In this document: positions 1 through 8,991 of the stretch, one piece after another
Numbering within the stretch: position 1 is the first letter of the stretch
Layout: each line of letters opens with the position of its first letter
Origin: Planctomycetota bacterium
GTDB taxonomy: Bacteria > Planctomycetota > UBA1135 > UBA2386
Direction: 5' to 3'
DNA length: 64,000 nt
NCBI GenBank assembly: GCA_965228735.1
Contig: OZ245838.1
Location: 6,272,001 to 6,336,000 of the forward strand
Made by a program: the position numbers and the translations under genes
Notes under the pieces: generated by a model
Database searches by the model: none
The model's input: only the letters and a program-made list of their open reading frames with translations
What the model was told of the DNA's origin: nothing

Positions 1-328
1 GCGGCTCGGTGATGTCCTGGATCAGCTGGATGTCGGCGCCGGCACAGAACATGCCGGGACCCGGACCCGTGACGATCACGGCGCGCACGCGCGCGTCGCC
101 CGCGAGCCGATCGAACGTCGTCTCGAGGGCCGTGATGCGGGCGGTCGTGAACGTGACGACGGATTCGTCCGGGCGCCCGAGCCGGACCTCGGCGATGCCG
201 TCGGCGTCGACCGTGCAGCGCACGAGGTCGTCGTTCTTCGGCGCCGTGTCCGTGGGCTCGTTCGGCGTCGCCGAGGAATCGGTCGCCGCGTCGTTGGCGC
301 TCGTCGTCTTGCTCGTCGAACCGGTCAT
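1..328 (-). CDS. Enoyl-CoA hydratase / 3-hydroxyacyl-CoA dehydrogenase (FadJ/FadB-like), N-terminal part, runs off window
   Basis: Not in the ORF track. ATG at 328 overlaps the thiolase stop (ATGA). Translates MTGSTSK...DGIAEVRLGRPDESVVTF...VRAVIVTGPGPGMFCAGADI, which contains the crotonase FCAGAD motif. Confidence 0.85.
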   Translation of the reverse strand, partial: MTGSTSKTTSANDAATDSSATPNEPTDTAPKNDDLVRCTVDADGIAEVRLGRPDESVVTFTTARITALETTFDRLAGDARVRAVIVTGPGPGMFCAGADIQLIQDITEP

Positions 329-1632
329 GCGGCCTCCAGCACCACGGCCTGGCCCTGGCCGCCGCCGACGCAGAGCGTGGCGAGGCCGTGGCGCAGTCCC
401 GAGCGGCGCAGCTGATGGGTGAGGGTCAGGATCAGGCGTGCGCCCGTCGCCGCGATCGGATGCCCGACCGCGATCGCGCCGCCCTGGACGTTGAGCTTGC
501 TGTCGTCGAGCTCGCCGACCGGCTTGTCGAGGCCGAGGTGCTCGAGGCAGTACTCCGGTGATTGGAACGCGGCCTTGCACGCGAGCACCTGGGCGGCGAA
601 CGCCTCGTTGAGCTCGATGCGGTCGAGGTCCCCGAAACCGATCTCGGCACGTTCCAGCGCCAGCGGCGTCGCGTGCACGGGGCCGAGGCCCATCGTTGCC
701 GGGTCGAGCCCGACGGTCGAGGTTCCGCGCACGAACGCGAGCGGCTCGAGCTTGTGCTCCTTGCACGCCGCGGCCGACATGCAGAGCAGCACGACCGCGC
801 CGTCCGTGATCTGGCAGCTGTTGCCGACGGTGACGTCGCCGTTGTGGCGATCGAAGACCGGCCGCAGCCTGGCGAGCGCTTCGCGCGACTGCTCTTGGCG
901 GATGCCGTCGTCGCTGCTCACGGGTGCCTCGTATCGCGGCGGCGCGACGTAGGGCGCGATCTCGGCGGCCAGGCTGCCGTCCTGCAGCGCCGCGGCCGCG
1001 CGCTGATGGCTGCGCAGCGCGAAGTCGTCCATCGCCGCGCGGTCGACCCCGAAGCGGCGCGCGACGAGCTCGGCGGTGTCGCCCATCATCATCCCGGTCG
1101 TCGGATCGGTCAGCCCTTCCTTGATCGCGATGCGCGGCGCGAGCGCGCGCGGTCGGAACGACGCCATCGCCGCGAGCTTCTTCGAGAACGAGCGCGCCTT
1201 GCCGAGGCGGGTGAAGAACTTGACGAGCTGCGGTCCCATGACGAGCGGGAAGTTGCTCATCGACTCCGCGCCACCGACGAGGAACACCTCACCGGTGCCG
1301 GCCGCGAGCTTCTCCTGTGCGGTCACGAGCGACTCGAGGCCCGAAGCGCAGTTGCGCATCACGGTGACGGCCGGTGTCGTGGCCGGCAGGCCTGCGCGCA
1401 GCGCGGCAACACGCGCGACGTTGGCCTCGCGAGCGTCGGCGCCGGCGCAGCCGAGGATCACCTCGTCGACGACGGCGGGATCGAGTCCCGTGCGTGCGAG
1501 CAGCTCGCGCATGGCGAACGTCGCGAGGTCCGACGCGAGCGCGCCCTGCAGCGGGCCCTGCGCGCGGCAGAACGGCGTTCGAATCCCGGCGACGATCGCC
1601 AGGTCCAGAGAACGGGCATGGCCTTTGCTCAT
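325..1632 (-). CDS. Acetyl-CoA C-acyltransferase (thiolase, FadI/FadA-like)
   Basis: RTPF, NCASG (catalytic Cys), NEAFA, GHPIAATG and LCVGGG motifs. Start re-picked at MSKGH. Confidence 0.95.
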   Translation of the reverse strand: MSKGHARSLDLAIVAGIRTPFCRAQGPLQGALASDLATFAMRELLARTGLDPAVVDEVILGCAGADAREANVARVAALRAGLPATTPAVTVMRNCASGLESLVTAQEKLAAGTGEVFLVGGAESMSNFPLVMGPQLVKFFTRLGKARSFSKKLAAMASFRPRALAPRIAIKEGLTDPTTGMMMGDTAELVARRFGVDRAAMDDFALRSHQRAAAALQDGSLAAEIAPYVAPPRYEAPVSSDDGIRQEQSREALARLRPVFDRHNGDVTVGNSCQITDGAVVLLCMSAAACKEHKLEPLAFVRGTSTVGLDPATMGLGPVHATPLALERAEIGFGDLDRIELNEAFAAQVLACKAAFQSPEYCLEHLGLDKPVGELDDSKLNVQGGAIAVGHPIAATGARLILTLTHQLRRSGLRHGLATLCVGGGQGQAVVLEAA

Positions 1633-1679
1633 GATTGAAAGTCGATCTTGCGGGTCGCAGCGACCGGCGCTGCCGGCGG

Positions 1680-3164
1680 TCAGGACTTCGGACGCGCGTC
1701 CACGAAGCGCTTCTCCTTCATCTCGGTTTCCATCCCGATCTTCTGGAGCATCGCCTCGAGGCCGAGGAACTGGAATTCGTTGGGGGTCACCTCGAGCCGG
1801 CTCTTGAACACGTTGCGCACCTGTTCGGCCATCGGCTCCTGGCCGCAGCCGTCCTTCAGCGCGAGGTGCACGACGAGCTCGTCGACCTCGAGCGGGTCGT
1901 CGTCCTTCTTGCGCAGCTCGATCTGCCACTCCTCGACCTCGGGCATGTCGGACAGCAGCATCGCGCAGTCCTCGAGGTTGACGAGCGTGCCCTTCACCTT
2001 GAGCAGCTGCAGATCCTTGAGGCTCGACTCGCGCGTCAGGTCGCTGCTGATCCGCGGCACGGTGCGGCCGCAGTGCGGACACGGGTCCCAGCGGATGCCG
2101 CCGCGCACGCGATCACCCGTGCGATAGCGGAAGACGGAGCTCGCGCGTGCGTTGAGCGGCGTGAACACGAGCTCGCCGTCTTCGCCCTCGGGCACGACCT
2201 CGCCCGTCTGCGGATCGACGACCTCGAAGATCGCGAGATCCGGATACAGATGGTAGCCCGTGTAGGCGTTGTCCTTCGTCGGGCACTCGGCGAACGCCAT
2301 GCGCGCTTCCGTGAACCCGTAGGTGCCGAACACGCTGACGTCACCGGCGCCGGTCGCCTGCAGCAACTCGCGGATCTTGTCCTTCATGCCCGGCGGCACG
2401 CGTTCGGCGCCGAGCACGACGCAACGGATCGACGACAGGTCGAGCCCGTCGCTGACCGCCTTGCGCAGCAGGTGGTAGACGTAGCCCGGCACGCCGATCA
2501 GCGCGTCGGCCTTGAGTCGCGAGATCGCGCGCAGGTCGCCCGTGCTGCCCATGACCTTGCCGCCACCCGTCGACAGCACCATCATCCCGGTCTCCTGACC
2601 GGCGAAGAAGACCTGCCAGAACGCGAGGTGCGGCGCATACGGGAACACGTTCGCGATGCGGTATTCCTCCGGCAGACTCATCACGTCGACGAGTCTGCTG
2701 CCGGTGTCGTGCAGGTTCCGGATGTCGTGCGGCGAGTAGAAGAACGGCACCGGGTCGGCGGAGCGCCCGGTCGTGAAGGTCATGAAGCACGGCGAGAACT
2801 CGCGCTTGACCGCGCGTCGCACCGAGTCCTTGCCCTTGGTCCACTTCTGCCACAGGAGCGGCAGCTTCTTGCTCAGCGGCCACGCGGCTTTGATGGTCGC
2901 GGGATCCGGCTGCAGGATGAAGTCCTTGAACTTCTGCGGCTCTTCGGGGCTCGCGAGCAGGTCGCGCTTGCTCGTCAGCGGCAGCCGACGGAGGTCGGCC
3001 ACCGTGCGGATCTGTTCCGGCCGCACGCCGCTGCTGTCGAAGAGCCGGCGATAGAACGGCGAGAACGGGTAGAGGTATTCCCGGACGTAGCGGCTGAGCA
3101 ACTGGTCCTGTACGGCGCGCTGTTCAGCACGCGACATGCGCTGCAGTTTCGACCAGTCGTGCAT
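1680..3164 (-). CDS. Phenylacetate-CoA ligase (PaaK)-like AMP-binding acyl-CoA ligase
   Basis: SPFYRR, LPLTSKRDL, YGFTE, GELVFT and RYRTGD motifs. The P-loop is divergent (FTTGRSADP). Start re-picked at MHDWS. Confidence 0.85.
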   Translation of the reverse strand: MHDWSKLQRMSRAEQRAVQDQLLSRYVREYLYPFSPFYRRLFDSSGVRPEQIRTVADLRRLPLTSKRDLLASPEEPQKFKDFILQPDPATIKAAWPLSKKLPLLWQKWTKGKDSVRRAVKREFSPCFMTFTTGRSADPVPFFYSPHDIRNLHDTGSRLVDVMSLPEEYRIANVFPYAPHLAFWQVFFAGQETGMMVLSTGGGKVMGSTGDLRAISRLKADALIGVPGYVYHLLRKAVSDGLDLSSIRCVVLGAERVPPGMKDKIRELLQATGAGDVSVFGTYGFTEARMAFAECPTKDNAYTGYHLYPDLAIFEVVDPQTGEVVPEGEDGELVFTPLNARASSVFRYRTGDRVRGGIRWDPCPHCGRTVPRISSDLTRESSLKDLQLLKVKGTLVNLEDCAMLLSDMPEVEEWQIELRKKDDDPLEVDELVVHLALKDGCGQEPMAEQVRNVFKSRLEVTPNEFQFLGLEAMLQKIGMETEMKEKRFVDARPKS

Positions 3165-3364
3165 ATTCAATGAGCTGCCCTCCGTCGGAGTGCGTCTACC
3201 TGTTCTAGCTCTTCGGCACGGCCGGGTTTCGTTCTTCAGGCAACTCCCGGTATTGGCCGATCTAGAGACAGTGACGGGCCGGCGATGTCCGCCTCGTGGG
3301 CGGCCCGCCGGTCCCGGATTGAGTCGGCCCGGTTCGAGTCGGCTGCAAGCGATTGGCCTGAAAC

Positions 3365-4573
3365 GTGGCAAACCGACCTCTGCATCACGGCCTCGGGGCC
3401 GACGGCGCGCCGGTGCCGGCGGGTAACGGCTCTGTCAACGGCCAGCGCGATGGCGCCGGCGAGACCCGGCCGCAAGGGGCGCCGCGAGCGTTCGGCGGCG
3501 ATCGGCCGCGCCGCACGATTCTCGTGCTGGGCGGCGGCGGGATGCGCGGCTTCTCGCACATCGGGGTGATCCGCGCGATCGAACGGCTCGGCCTGCACGT
3601 CGACGAGGTCGTCGGCACGAGCATGGGCGCGGTGATGGGCGCGCTCTACGCGAGCGGCGCCGACAGCCAGCAGATCGAAGAGGTCGCATCCCGCATCTCG
3701 ATCGACGACTACTTCCGGCTCAACGTCGTGAAGTTCCTCGTGCGCGGCCTCAAGCACGCGTCGGTCTACAAGGGCCGCACGTTTCGCGAGTTCTTGCGCG
3801 AGTCCCTGCCGCAGAAGTCCTTCGCCGAGCTCGCGCGACCGTTCTACTGCAACGCGATGTCGCTCACGACGGGCGGCTCCGCGATCTTCGGCCTCAAGGG
3901 CGCCCCGAGCGTGCCGGTCGCCGAAGCCGTCTACGCGAGCGCGTGCCTGCCGACGATCTTCGAGCCGGCGCTCATCGCCGGCGACCACTACGTCGACGGC
4001 GGCATGACCGAGACGTTGGCGCTGCGGATCGCGCACGCCCGGAACGCCGACCTCGTGATCGGCGTCGACCTCTCACACCGGGACCTGCACAAGGCGACGC
4101 CCTACCGCGCGAGCCTGCCGCACATCCTGTTCCAGACCTACGAGGTCATGGGGCTCGCGCTCAACGAAGCCAACCTGCACCGCTACGCCGACGATCGCAC
4201 CGTGATCATCAAGCCGAAGGTCAGCCACCTCGGCCTGCTCGACATGCCCGACGTCCAGGAGACCGTGCGCATCGGCGAGAAGGAGGCGATGGAGGTCTTG
4301 ACCACCAACCCGTTGACGCGCTACCTCGGCGACCCCGAGGTCGTCGCTGACGAGGACCGCAACGTGGCGCGCCCGCGCGACTACGTCGAACTGCAGGTCG
4401 ACGCCAACGCGTGCATCCAGTGCGGCATCTGCGCCGCGACGTGCGCGACGCAGGGCTTCGCCGCAGTGCCGTTCGGTGACGTCGTGCGCAAGCCGTTCAA
4501 CTACGAGTGCACTCGTGACATGGCGTGCGAGCGGAATTGCCCTACAGGAGCGATTCGGCTGGGGAACTTGTAG
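3365..4573 (+). CDS. Patatin-like phospholipase with C-terminal 4Fe-4S dicluster (ferredoxin) domain
   Basis: GGGGMRG, GTSMG (nucleophile) and DGG motifs. C-terminal CIQCGICAATC and CTRDMACERNCP. Confidence 0.9.
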   Translation: MANRPLHHGLGADGAPVPAGNGSVNGQRDGAGETRPQGAPRAFGGDRPRRTILVLGGGGMRGFSHIGVIRAIERLGLHVDEVVGTSMGAVMGALYASGADSQQIEEVASRISIDDYFRLNVVKFLVRGLKHASVYKGRTFREFLRESLPQKSFAELARPFYCNAMSLTTGGSAIFGLKGAPSVPVAEAVYASACLPTIFEPALIAGDHYVDGGMTETLALRIAHARNADLVIGVDLSHRDLHKATPYRASLPHILFQTYEVMGLALNEANLHRYADDRTVIIKPKVSHLGLLDMPDVQETVRIGEKEAMEVLTTNPLTRYLGDPEVVADEDRNVARPRDYVELQVDANACIQCGICAATCATQGFAAVPFGDVVRKPFNYECTRDMACERNCPTGAIRLGNL

Positions 4574-4856
4574 GTCGGCAAGGAGGTGCCCGAGTTGGCG
4601 GTTGGCGAAGCATCGGCAGATGCGTGAGCCGAATCGCTCGACCGCGTCCTGTTCGAGTGCGTGACGAATCGCGATGACCGTCGTCCGCCCCAGGGGCGAT
4701 TCGGATTCACAACCTGCAGGACCCGGCAGTCGCGAAGAAAACCCGCGACGACTCGCATCCGTCGCGTCAGAGCCGCGAAGACGACGGCAAGCCCGATCCA
4801 TCCCTGCGATCGGATTCATCGCCTGCCCCGCAACCCCTGCGTACTTCCGCTACGTC

Positions 4857-6479
4857 ATGCGACTCCTTCCCATTCTCTTCACGACCACCGCGTTCGCTTC
4901 CGCCCTCGCTGCCCAGGATGCGCGCGTTTCCGTGCTGCACGGCATTCCTGGCCTCAACGGCCCAGTTGACGTCTTTGCCAACGGCAACTCGTTGTTCTCG
5001 TTCGACTACGGTGATCAGCGCGGGCCGCTCGAGCTCGCCCCGGGCACCTACCTGCTCGAGGTTCGCCAGAACAACAACACGCTGCTGTCGCTGAACGCGC
5101 CGCTCGCCGCCGGTGACGACGTTGCCGTGATCGCGCATCTCGACGAGAACGGCGCGCCGGTCCTCGCCGCGTTCGCCAACGACGTGATGCCGCTGACCCT
5201 GCCGGCTTCGCGGCTCCTCGTGCGTCACACCGCCCAGGCGCCCGCCGTCGACATCGTGCTGCGCCAGAACAACTCGGTCGTCGCGACGATTCCGAACGTT
5301 TCGAACGGCCAGGAGGTCGCCGCGGACGTGGCGCCGGGTCAATACTCGGTCGAGCTGAACGTCGCCGGCACGTCGAACACGGCCTTCGGTCCGGTCGACA
5401 TCGTCGTCGAGAACGGCCGCGGCTACGGCGTGTTCGCCACCGGCGTCGCCGGGGCGGCGAGCTTCACGCTCCAGACCCAGGTCCTGCAGCTCGCGCCGCA
5501 GGTGACCGTCGTCCACGGCATCCCCGGCCTCGGCGCGCCCGTCACGGTCGCCGCCAACGGCGCGTCCCTGTTCACGTTCGACTTCCTCGACACGCAGGGC
5601 CCGCTCGTCATCGATCCGGGCACCTACACGTTCGACGTCATCGTCAACGGTTCGACCGCTCTCAGCGGCACCTACCCCCTCGGTCGCCTCGACAACTTCA
5701 CCGTCGTCGCGCATCTCGACGCTGGCGGCACGCCGCAGCTGACGCCGTTCGCGAACGACACGTCGTTCCCGGCCTCGGACAACGCGCGAGTCGTCGTGCG
5801 CCACGCCGCCGCCGCGCCGGCCGTCGACATCACGCTGGACAACCAGGGCGCCAACCTCGCGACCTTCTCGAACGTCGTCAACGGCAACGAGGTCGGCGGC
5901 GACATCCCGATCGGCAACTTCGACGTCTCGATCTTCGCCGCCGGCACGACGACCCGCGTCTTCGGTCCGGCGGGCTTCCGGCCGCAGCGCCACGTGCTCT
6001 ACGAGTTCCTCGCCGTCGGCGATCTGGCGAACTCGTCGTTCAACGTGATCGCGCTCACGCACGACCTCCTGCCGGCAGTGCCCAACGCGCTCACGCCGAG
6101 CGTCGGCGGCACGACGTGCGGTCCGATGATCGGCACGGCGCCGGCCACGTTCGGCTACGGCGAGCAGTTCGATCTCGTCGCGACCGGCGCGCCGGCTGGC
6201 GCGATGGCGATCGTGCAGTTCGGTGACAGCATCACGAGCTACGGCCCGGTGGCCCTGCCCGCCGCGCTCGGACCGTTCGGCGCTCCCGGCTGCTTCCTCA
6301 ACACCAACGCCATCTCGGTGCTGCCGACGATGAGCGATGGGCAGGGTGAGGTGCGCGTCGGTTACCTCGTGCCGCGCGCGCTCGCTACCGGCTTCGGCGA
6401 TGCGTTCTTCCAGGTCGGTGTGCTGTCCAACGCGAACACTCTCGGCGTCGTGACGTCGGAGTATCTGCAGCTCAACTGA
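4857..6479 (+). CDS. Secreted DUF4397-like beta-sandwich repeat protein with shared C-terminal domain
   Basis: Signal peptide MRLLPILFTTTAFASALAA-Q. Duplicated RVSVLHGIPGL..PVDV / VRHTAQAPAVDI modules. The C-terminal domain is shared with three other proteins in the window. Confidence 0.8.
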   Translation: MRLLPILFTTTAFASALAAQDARVSVLHGIPGLNGPVDVFANGNSLFSFDYGDQRGPLELAPGTYLLEVRQNNNTLLSLNAPLAAGDDVAVIAHLDENGAPVLAAFANDVMPLTLPASRLLVRHTAQAPAVDIVLRQNNSVVATIPNVSNGQEVAADVAPGQYSVELNVAGTSNTAFGPVDIVVENGRGYGVFATGVAGAASFTLQTQVLQLAPQVTVVHGIPGLGAPVTVAANGASLFTFDFLDTQGPLVIDPGTYTFDVIVNGSTALSGTYPLGRLDNFTVVAHLDAGGTPQLTPFANDTSFPASDNARVVVRHAAAAPAVDITLDNQGANLATFSNVVNGNEVGGDIPIGNFDVSIFAAGTTTRVFGPAGFRPQRHVLYEFLAVGDLANSSFNVIALTHDLLPAVPNALTPSVGGTTCGPMIGTAPATFGYGEQFDLVATGAPAGAMAIVQFGDSITSYGPVALPAALGPFGAPGCFLNTNAISVLPTMSDGQGEVRVGYLVPRALATGFGDAFFQVGVLSNANTLGVVTSEYLQLN

Positions 6480-6510
6480 CAGCGTCGCCGCGGCGGGCGG
6501 CGCGCCAACC

Positions 6511-6729
6511 CTACGGTTCGCGCGCTGCTCGCTGCCGGCGGAACTCCTCGACGGGCAGGCCGCCGATGCCCCAGTCCTCGAGGTCGACCTCGTCGATCAC
6601 GACGAAGGTCGTGCACGGGTCCTTGCCGAGCACGTCGCGCAGGACGTCCGTGATGCCGCGGATGACCGCAGCCTTCTTTGCGGACGAGCCTTCGCCCTCG
6701 CGCGTGATCCTGACGTTGACGTAGGGCAT
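6511..6729 (-). CDS. 4-oxalocrotonate tautomerase family protein
   Basis: 72 aa. Catalytic Pro-1 (MPYVNV). K-A-I-GITDVL..VLGKDP..TFVVIDEV...WGIGG signature. Confidence 0.92.
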   Translation of the reverse strand: MPYVNVRITREGEGSSAKKAAVIRGITDVLRDVLGKDPCTTFVVIDEVDLEDWGIGGLPVEEFRRQRAAREP

Positions 6730-6730
6730 C

Positions 6731-7144
6731 TCAGTTCGCCCCCTTCGCCGCCGCCGCGTGCGGTTCGCCGTGGAACACCTTGGACTGGATTCGCCAGCGA
6801 CCGTCGATACGGAGCAGGGCGAGGAAGTCCGAGTAGTCGTGGCCGAACAGCGAACAACTGACCTCGGCCAGCGCGGTGACCGGCCCGGCGAAGCGCACGG
6901 AGTGCACCGTGTAGCCGTACGGTGTGCCGTCGTCCCGCGGTGCCGGGCGGCGGCGCACCCGTTCGAGGTAGTCGTCGAGCGCGAGCTCGAGCAACTCGCC
7001 GCCCGAGGCCGTCGCATAGCGCGCGCTCGGTGAGAACGCGCGGCGCAGCTTGTCGATGTCGATGTGGTAGAGGCCGTCGTAGTAGTCACGCAGCGTGGCG
7101 AGCACGTTCGTGAACTCGGGATCCGATACGTTCGGTTCGGTCAT
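6731..7144 (-). CDS. Nuclear transport factor 2 family (lumazine-binding-like) protein
   Basis: YYDGLYH.D...LRRAF.P.A...Y.DFLALLRIDGRWRI.SKVFH pattern. Confidence 0.88.
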   Translation of the reverse strand: MTEPNVSDPEFTNVLATLRDYYDGLYHIDIDKLRRAFSPSARYATASGGELLELALDDYLERVRRRPAPRDDGTPYGYTVHSVRFAGPVTALAEVSCSLFGHDYSDFLALLRIDGRWRIQSKVFHGEPHAAAAKGAN

Positions 7145-7172
7145 GGGTCTGGTCGGCCGTCGGGTTGTTGAT

Positions 7173-7188
7173 ACGACCGGTCGTCTTG
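7173..7188. promoter_or_regulatory. Putative TetR operator upstream of NTF2/tautomerase genes
   Basis: Perfect palindrome ACGACCGGTCGT (7173-7184). The 14-mer GACCGGTCGTCTTG (7175-7188) recurs exactly at 7881-7894. Confidence 0.7.
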
Positions 7189-7256
7189 CAACAAGCTGTG
7201 CTGCTGGACGAGGCATTGTTCGGAGCGGGCGCCGCTCGGGAGAGCGCAGGAGTCGG

Positions 7257-7868
7257 TCAGGCCTGGGCGCCTGGCGGCTGGAAGTAGCCGTCCAGCAACT
7301 GCTCGAGGCACTGGTGCAGCGGCGCGAGGGAACGCTCGACCTTCATCCGGATCACGGCGCCTTCCCAAGCAGCAACGAGCAGATCGGCCATCGCGGTCGC
7401 CGTGAGATCGCGGCGCAGCAGACCCTGCGCCTGCGCCCCCTCGATCGCGCGGCGCAGGCCGTCGCGGTAGCCGAGCATCGCGGTCTGCAGGACCTGGCGG
7501 CAGACGTCGTTGCCCTCGAGCTCGCTGCCGAGGTTCGCGACGAGGCAGCCGCCGACGAACCCGGCGCCCTCGAACTCGGCCATCTGGCCGCGGAAGAACG
7601 TCCGCAGTCCCCGCAGCGGGTCGGCAGCGCCCTCGAGGGCCGCCGTGAGAGACTGACCGAGGCAGCTGGCGTACTGCTCGATCGCCGCGGCCGCGAAGTC
7701 GTCCTTGCTGCGGAAGTAGTTGTAGAACGAGCCCTTCGGGACCTGGACCTCGTCCAGCACCTGCTTCAGGCCGGTGCCGTGGTAGCCGTTCTTCAACAGC
7801 GAGTCGATGCCGGCATCGATCAGACGGTCGCGGGTCTGGTCGCGGTCGATACGGCGCGGGCGTGCCAT
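7257..7868 (-). CDS. TetR/AcrR family regulator (NemR/ComR-like)
   Basis: GYHGTGL..VL....VPKGSFYNYF.SK helix-turn-helix and GCLVANLG.E C-terminal domain. Confidence 0.93.
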   Translation of the reverse strand: MARPRRIDRDQTRDRLIDAGIDSLLKNGYHGTGLKQVLDEVQVPKGSFYNYFRSKDDFAAAAIEQYASCLGQSLTAALEGAADPLRGLRTFFRGQMAEFEGAGFVGGCLVANLGSELEGNDVCRQVLQTAMLGYRDGLRRAIEGAQAQGLLRRDLTATAMADLLVAAWEGAVIRMKVERSLAPLHQCLEQLLDGYFQPPGAQA

Positions 7869-7874
7869 GGGATC

Positions 7875-7897
7875 AGAGTAGACCGGTCGTCTTGAAA
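7875..7897 (-). promoter_or_regulatory. TetR autoregulatory operator abutting a -10-like element
   Basis: Minus strand reads TTTCAAGACGACCGGTC-TACTCT-N6-ATG. Second copy of the 14-bp operator. Confidence 0.65.
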
Positions 7898-7944
7898 CCC
7901 AAGCCGGGGCGCCGGGAAAACCACACGCAAGGCATCAGTCTCGT

Positions 7945-8760
7945 TCAGCGGAGATAGACGGGGGCCGGGTAGCGCCGTTCGGGCGGCAGGTCCGCCGCCA
8001 CCACGTGGGGGCCGTCGACCGGCTTGCGCGCGATCGCGTAGATGTTCTCGCCGAGCATCCCGTCGGGGACCCGGGCGCGGCCGAGCCAGCGCAGCACCCG
8101 CACGAGCCAGCGCACCGAGCTGCGGCCCGCCGGGCGCGTGACCAGGGCGACGACCTCGAAGCCCGCGTTCTGCAGCAGGAGTTGGACCTCCTGCGGCATG
8201 AACTCGCGATGGTGGCGGTGGTCGGATTGCGGCCGGTACGGCGGGAAGTGACCCGGGTGCTGACCGCGCAGGAGCCGCAGCAGGCTGCCGGCCGAACCCA
8301 CGTTGGGCGTGGTCACGAGCGCGTAGCCGCCGGGTCGGAGCACGCGGTGGAACTCGAGGAGGGGGAACATCGGGTCGGCAGTGAGGTGTTCGATGACCTC
8401 GAGGAAGCTCACGAAGTCGAGCGCGGCGTCCGCGAACGGCAGCGGTTGGCGCTCGATGTCGCAGTCGTGCCGGGTCGCCGTGACCGGTTCGCCGCGGACG
8501 GAGAACCGCAGCGGCCGCGGTCTCGGGTCGTCGCCGAGATCGACGGCGTGCAGCTCGCGCCAGCCGAGGTGGTGGAGGATGGGCAGGAAGAGGCCGCCGC
8601 TCCCGCCGACGTCGGCCGCGACGCCCTGGCCCGTCGGCAGGCCGTGCGCGAACTCGTAGCTGGTCTCGAACCGTTCATGGTGCGGTTCGAGGTAGCTCGC
8701 CTGCTGTGGTGCGGCCTCGAGCACGAGGTCGACGAGCTGCTGGCGGGTGAGGCGGGCCAC
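7945..8760 (-). CDS. Class I SAM-dependent methyltransferase
   Basis: ADVGGSGG, LPFADAALDFV..LEVIEHL, RVLRPGG..VTTPN and H.REF motifs. Confidence 0.9.
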   Translation of the reverse strand: MARLTRQQLVDLVLEAAPQQASYLEPHHERFETSYEFAHGLPTGQGVAADVGGSGGLFLPILHHLGWRELHAVDLGDDPRPRPLRFSVRGEPVTATRHDCDIERQPLPFADAALDFVSFLEVIEHLTADPMFPLLEFHRVLRPGGYALVTTPNVGSAGSLLRLLRGQHPGHFPPYRPQSDHRHHREFMPQEVQLLLQNAGFEVVALVTRPAGRSSVRWLVRVLRWLGRARVPDGMLGENIYAIARKPVDGPHVVAADLPPERRYPAPVYLR

Positions 8761-8991
8761 GCCGAGCAGTATGGCCTTCCCGCCGGGCGCGGCCGCGAGT
8801 TTCCCTCGAGAAGGGGAGCGCGCGCGGACGATGCGGGCCGGATCGGGCGTCCTGCCCGACCAGCGGGCCGTGGGGACCCTGGAACGGGGACTTCTTTCCG
8901 TTTCCGATGCCAGGATGTGGCAGGATCATCGCCGCGATCGGCCACCAGAGCCCGTCGGCTCCCGCCGTCTGCCCCACCCGTCTGCCCCCAG

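Noticed and set aside
3365..4573. Patatin as a CBASS/CapV anti-phage effector
   Set aside because: No CD-NTase or other defence genes nearby. The context is lipid catabolism and the sequence is NTE/RssA-like.
4839..4846. GCGTACTT upstream of two shared-CTD genes (also 18799-18806) as a common ECF -10 element
   Set aside because: Only two of four genes have it, spacing to ATG differs, and no shared -35 was seen.
8005..8991. Long N-terminal extensions in ORF-track calls (e.g. 8005, 10622, 12190, 45191, 46894, 48012, 48269, 62226)
   Set aside because: They overlap real neighbouring genes. Starts were re-picked at coupled or signal-peptide-bearing codons.
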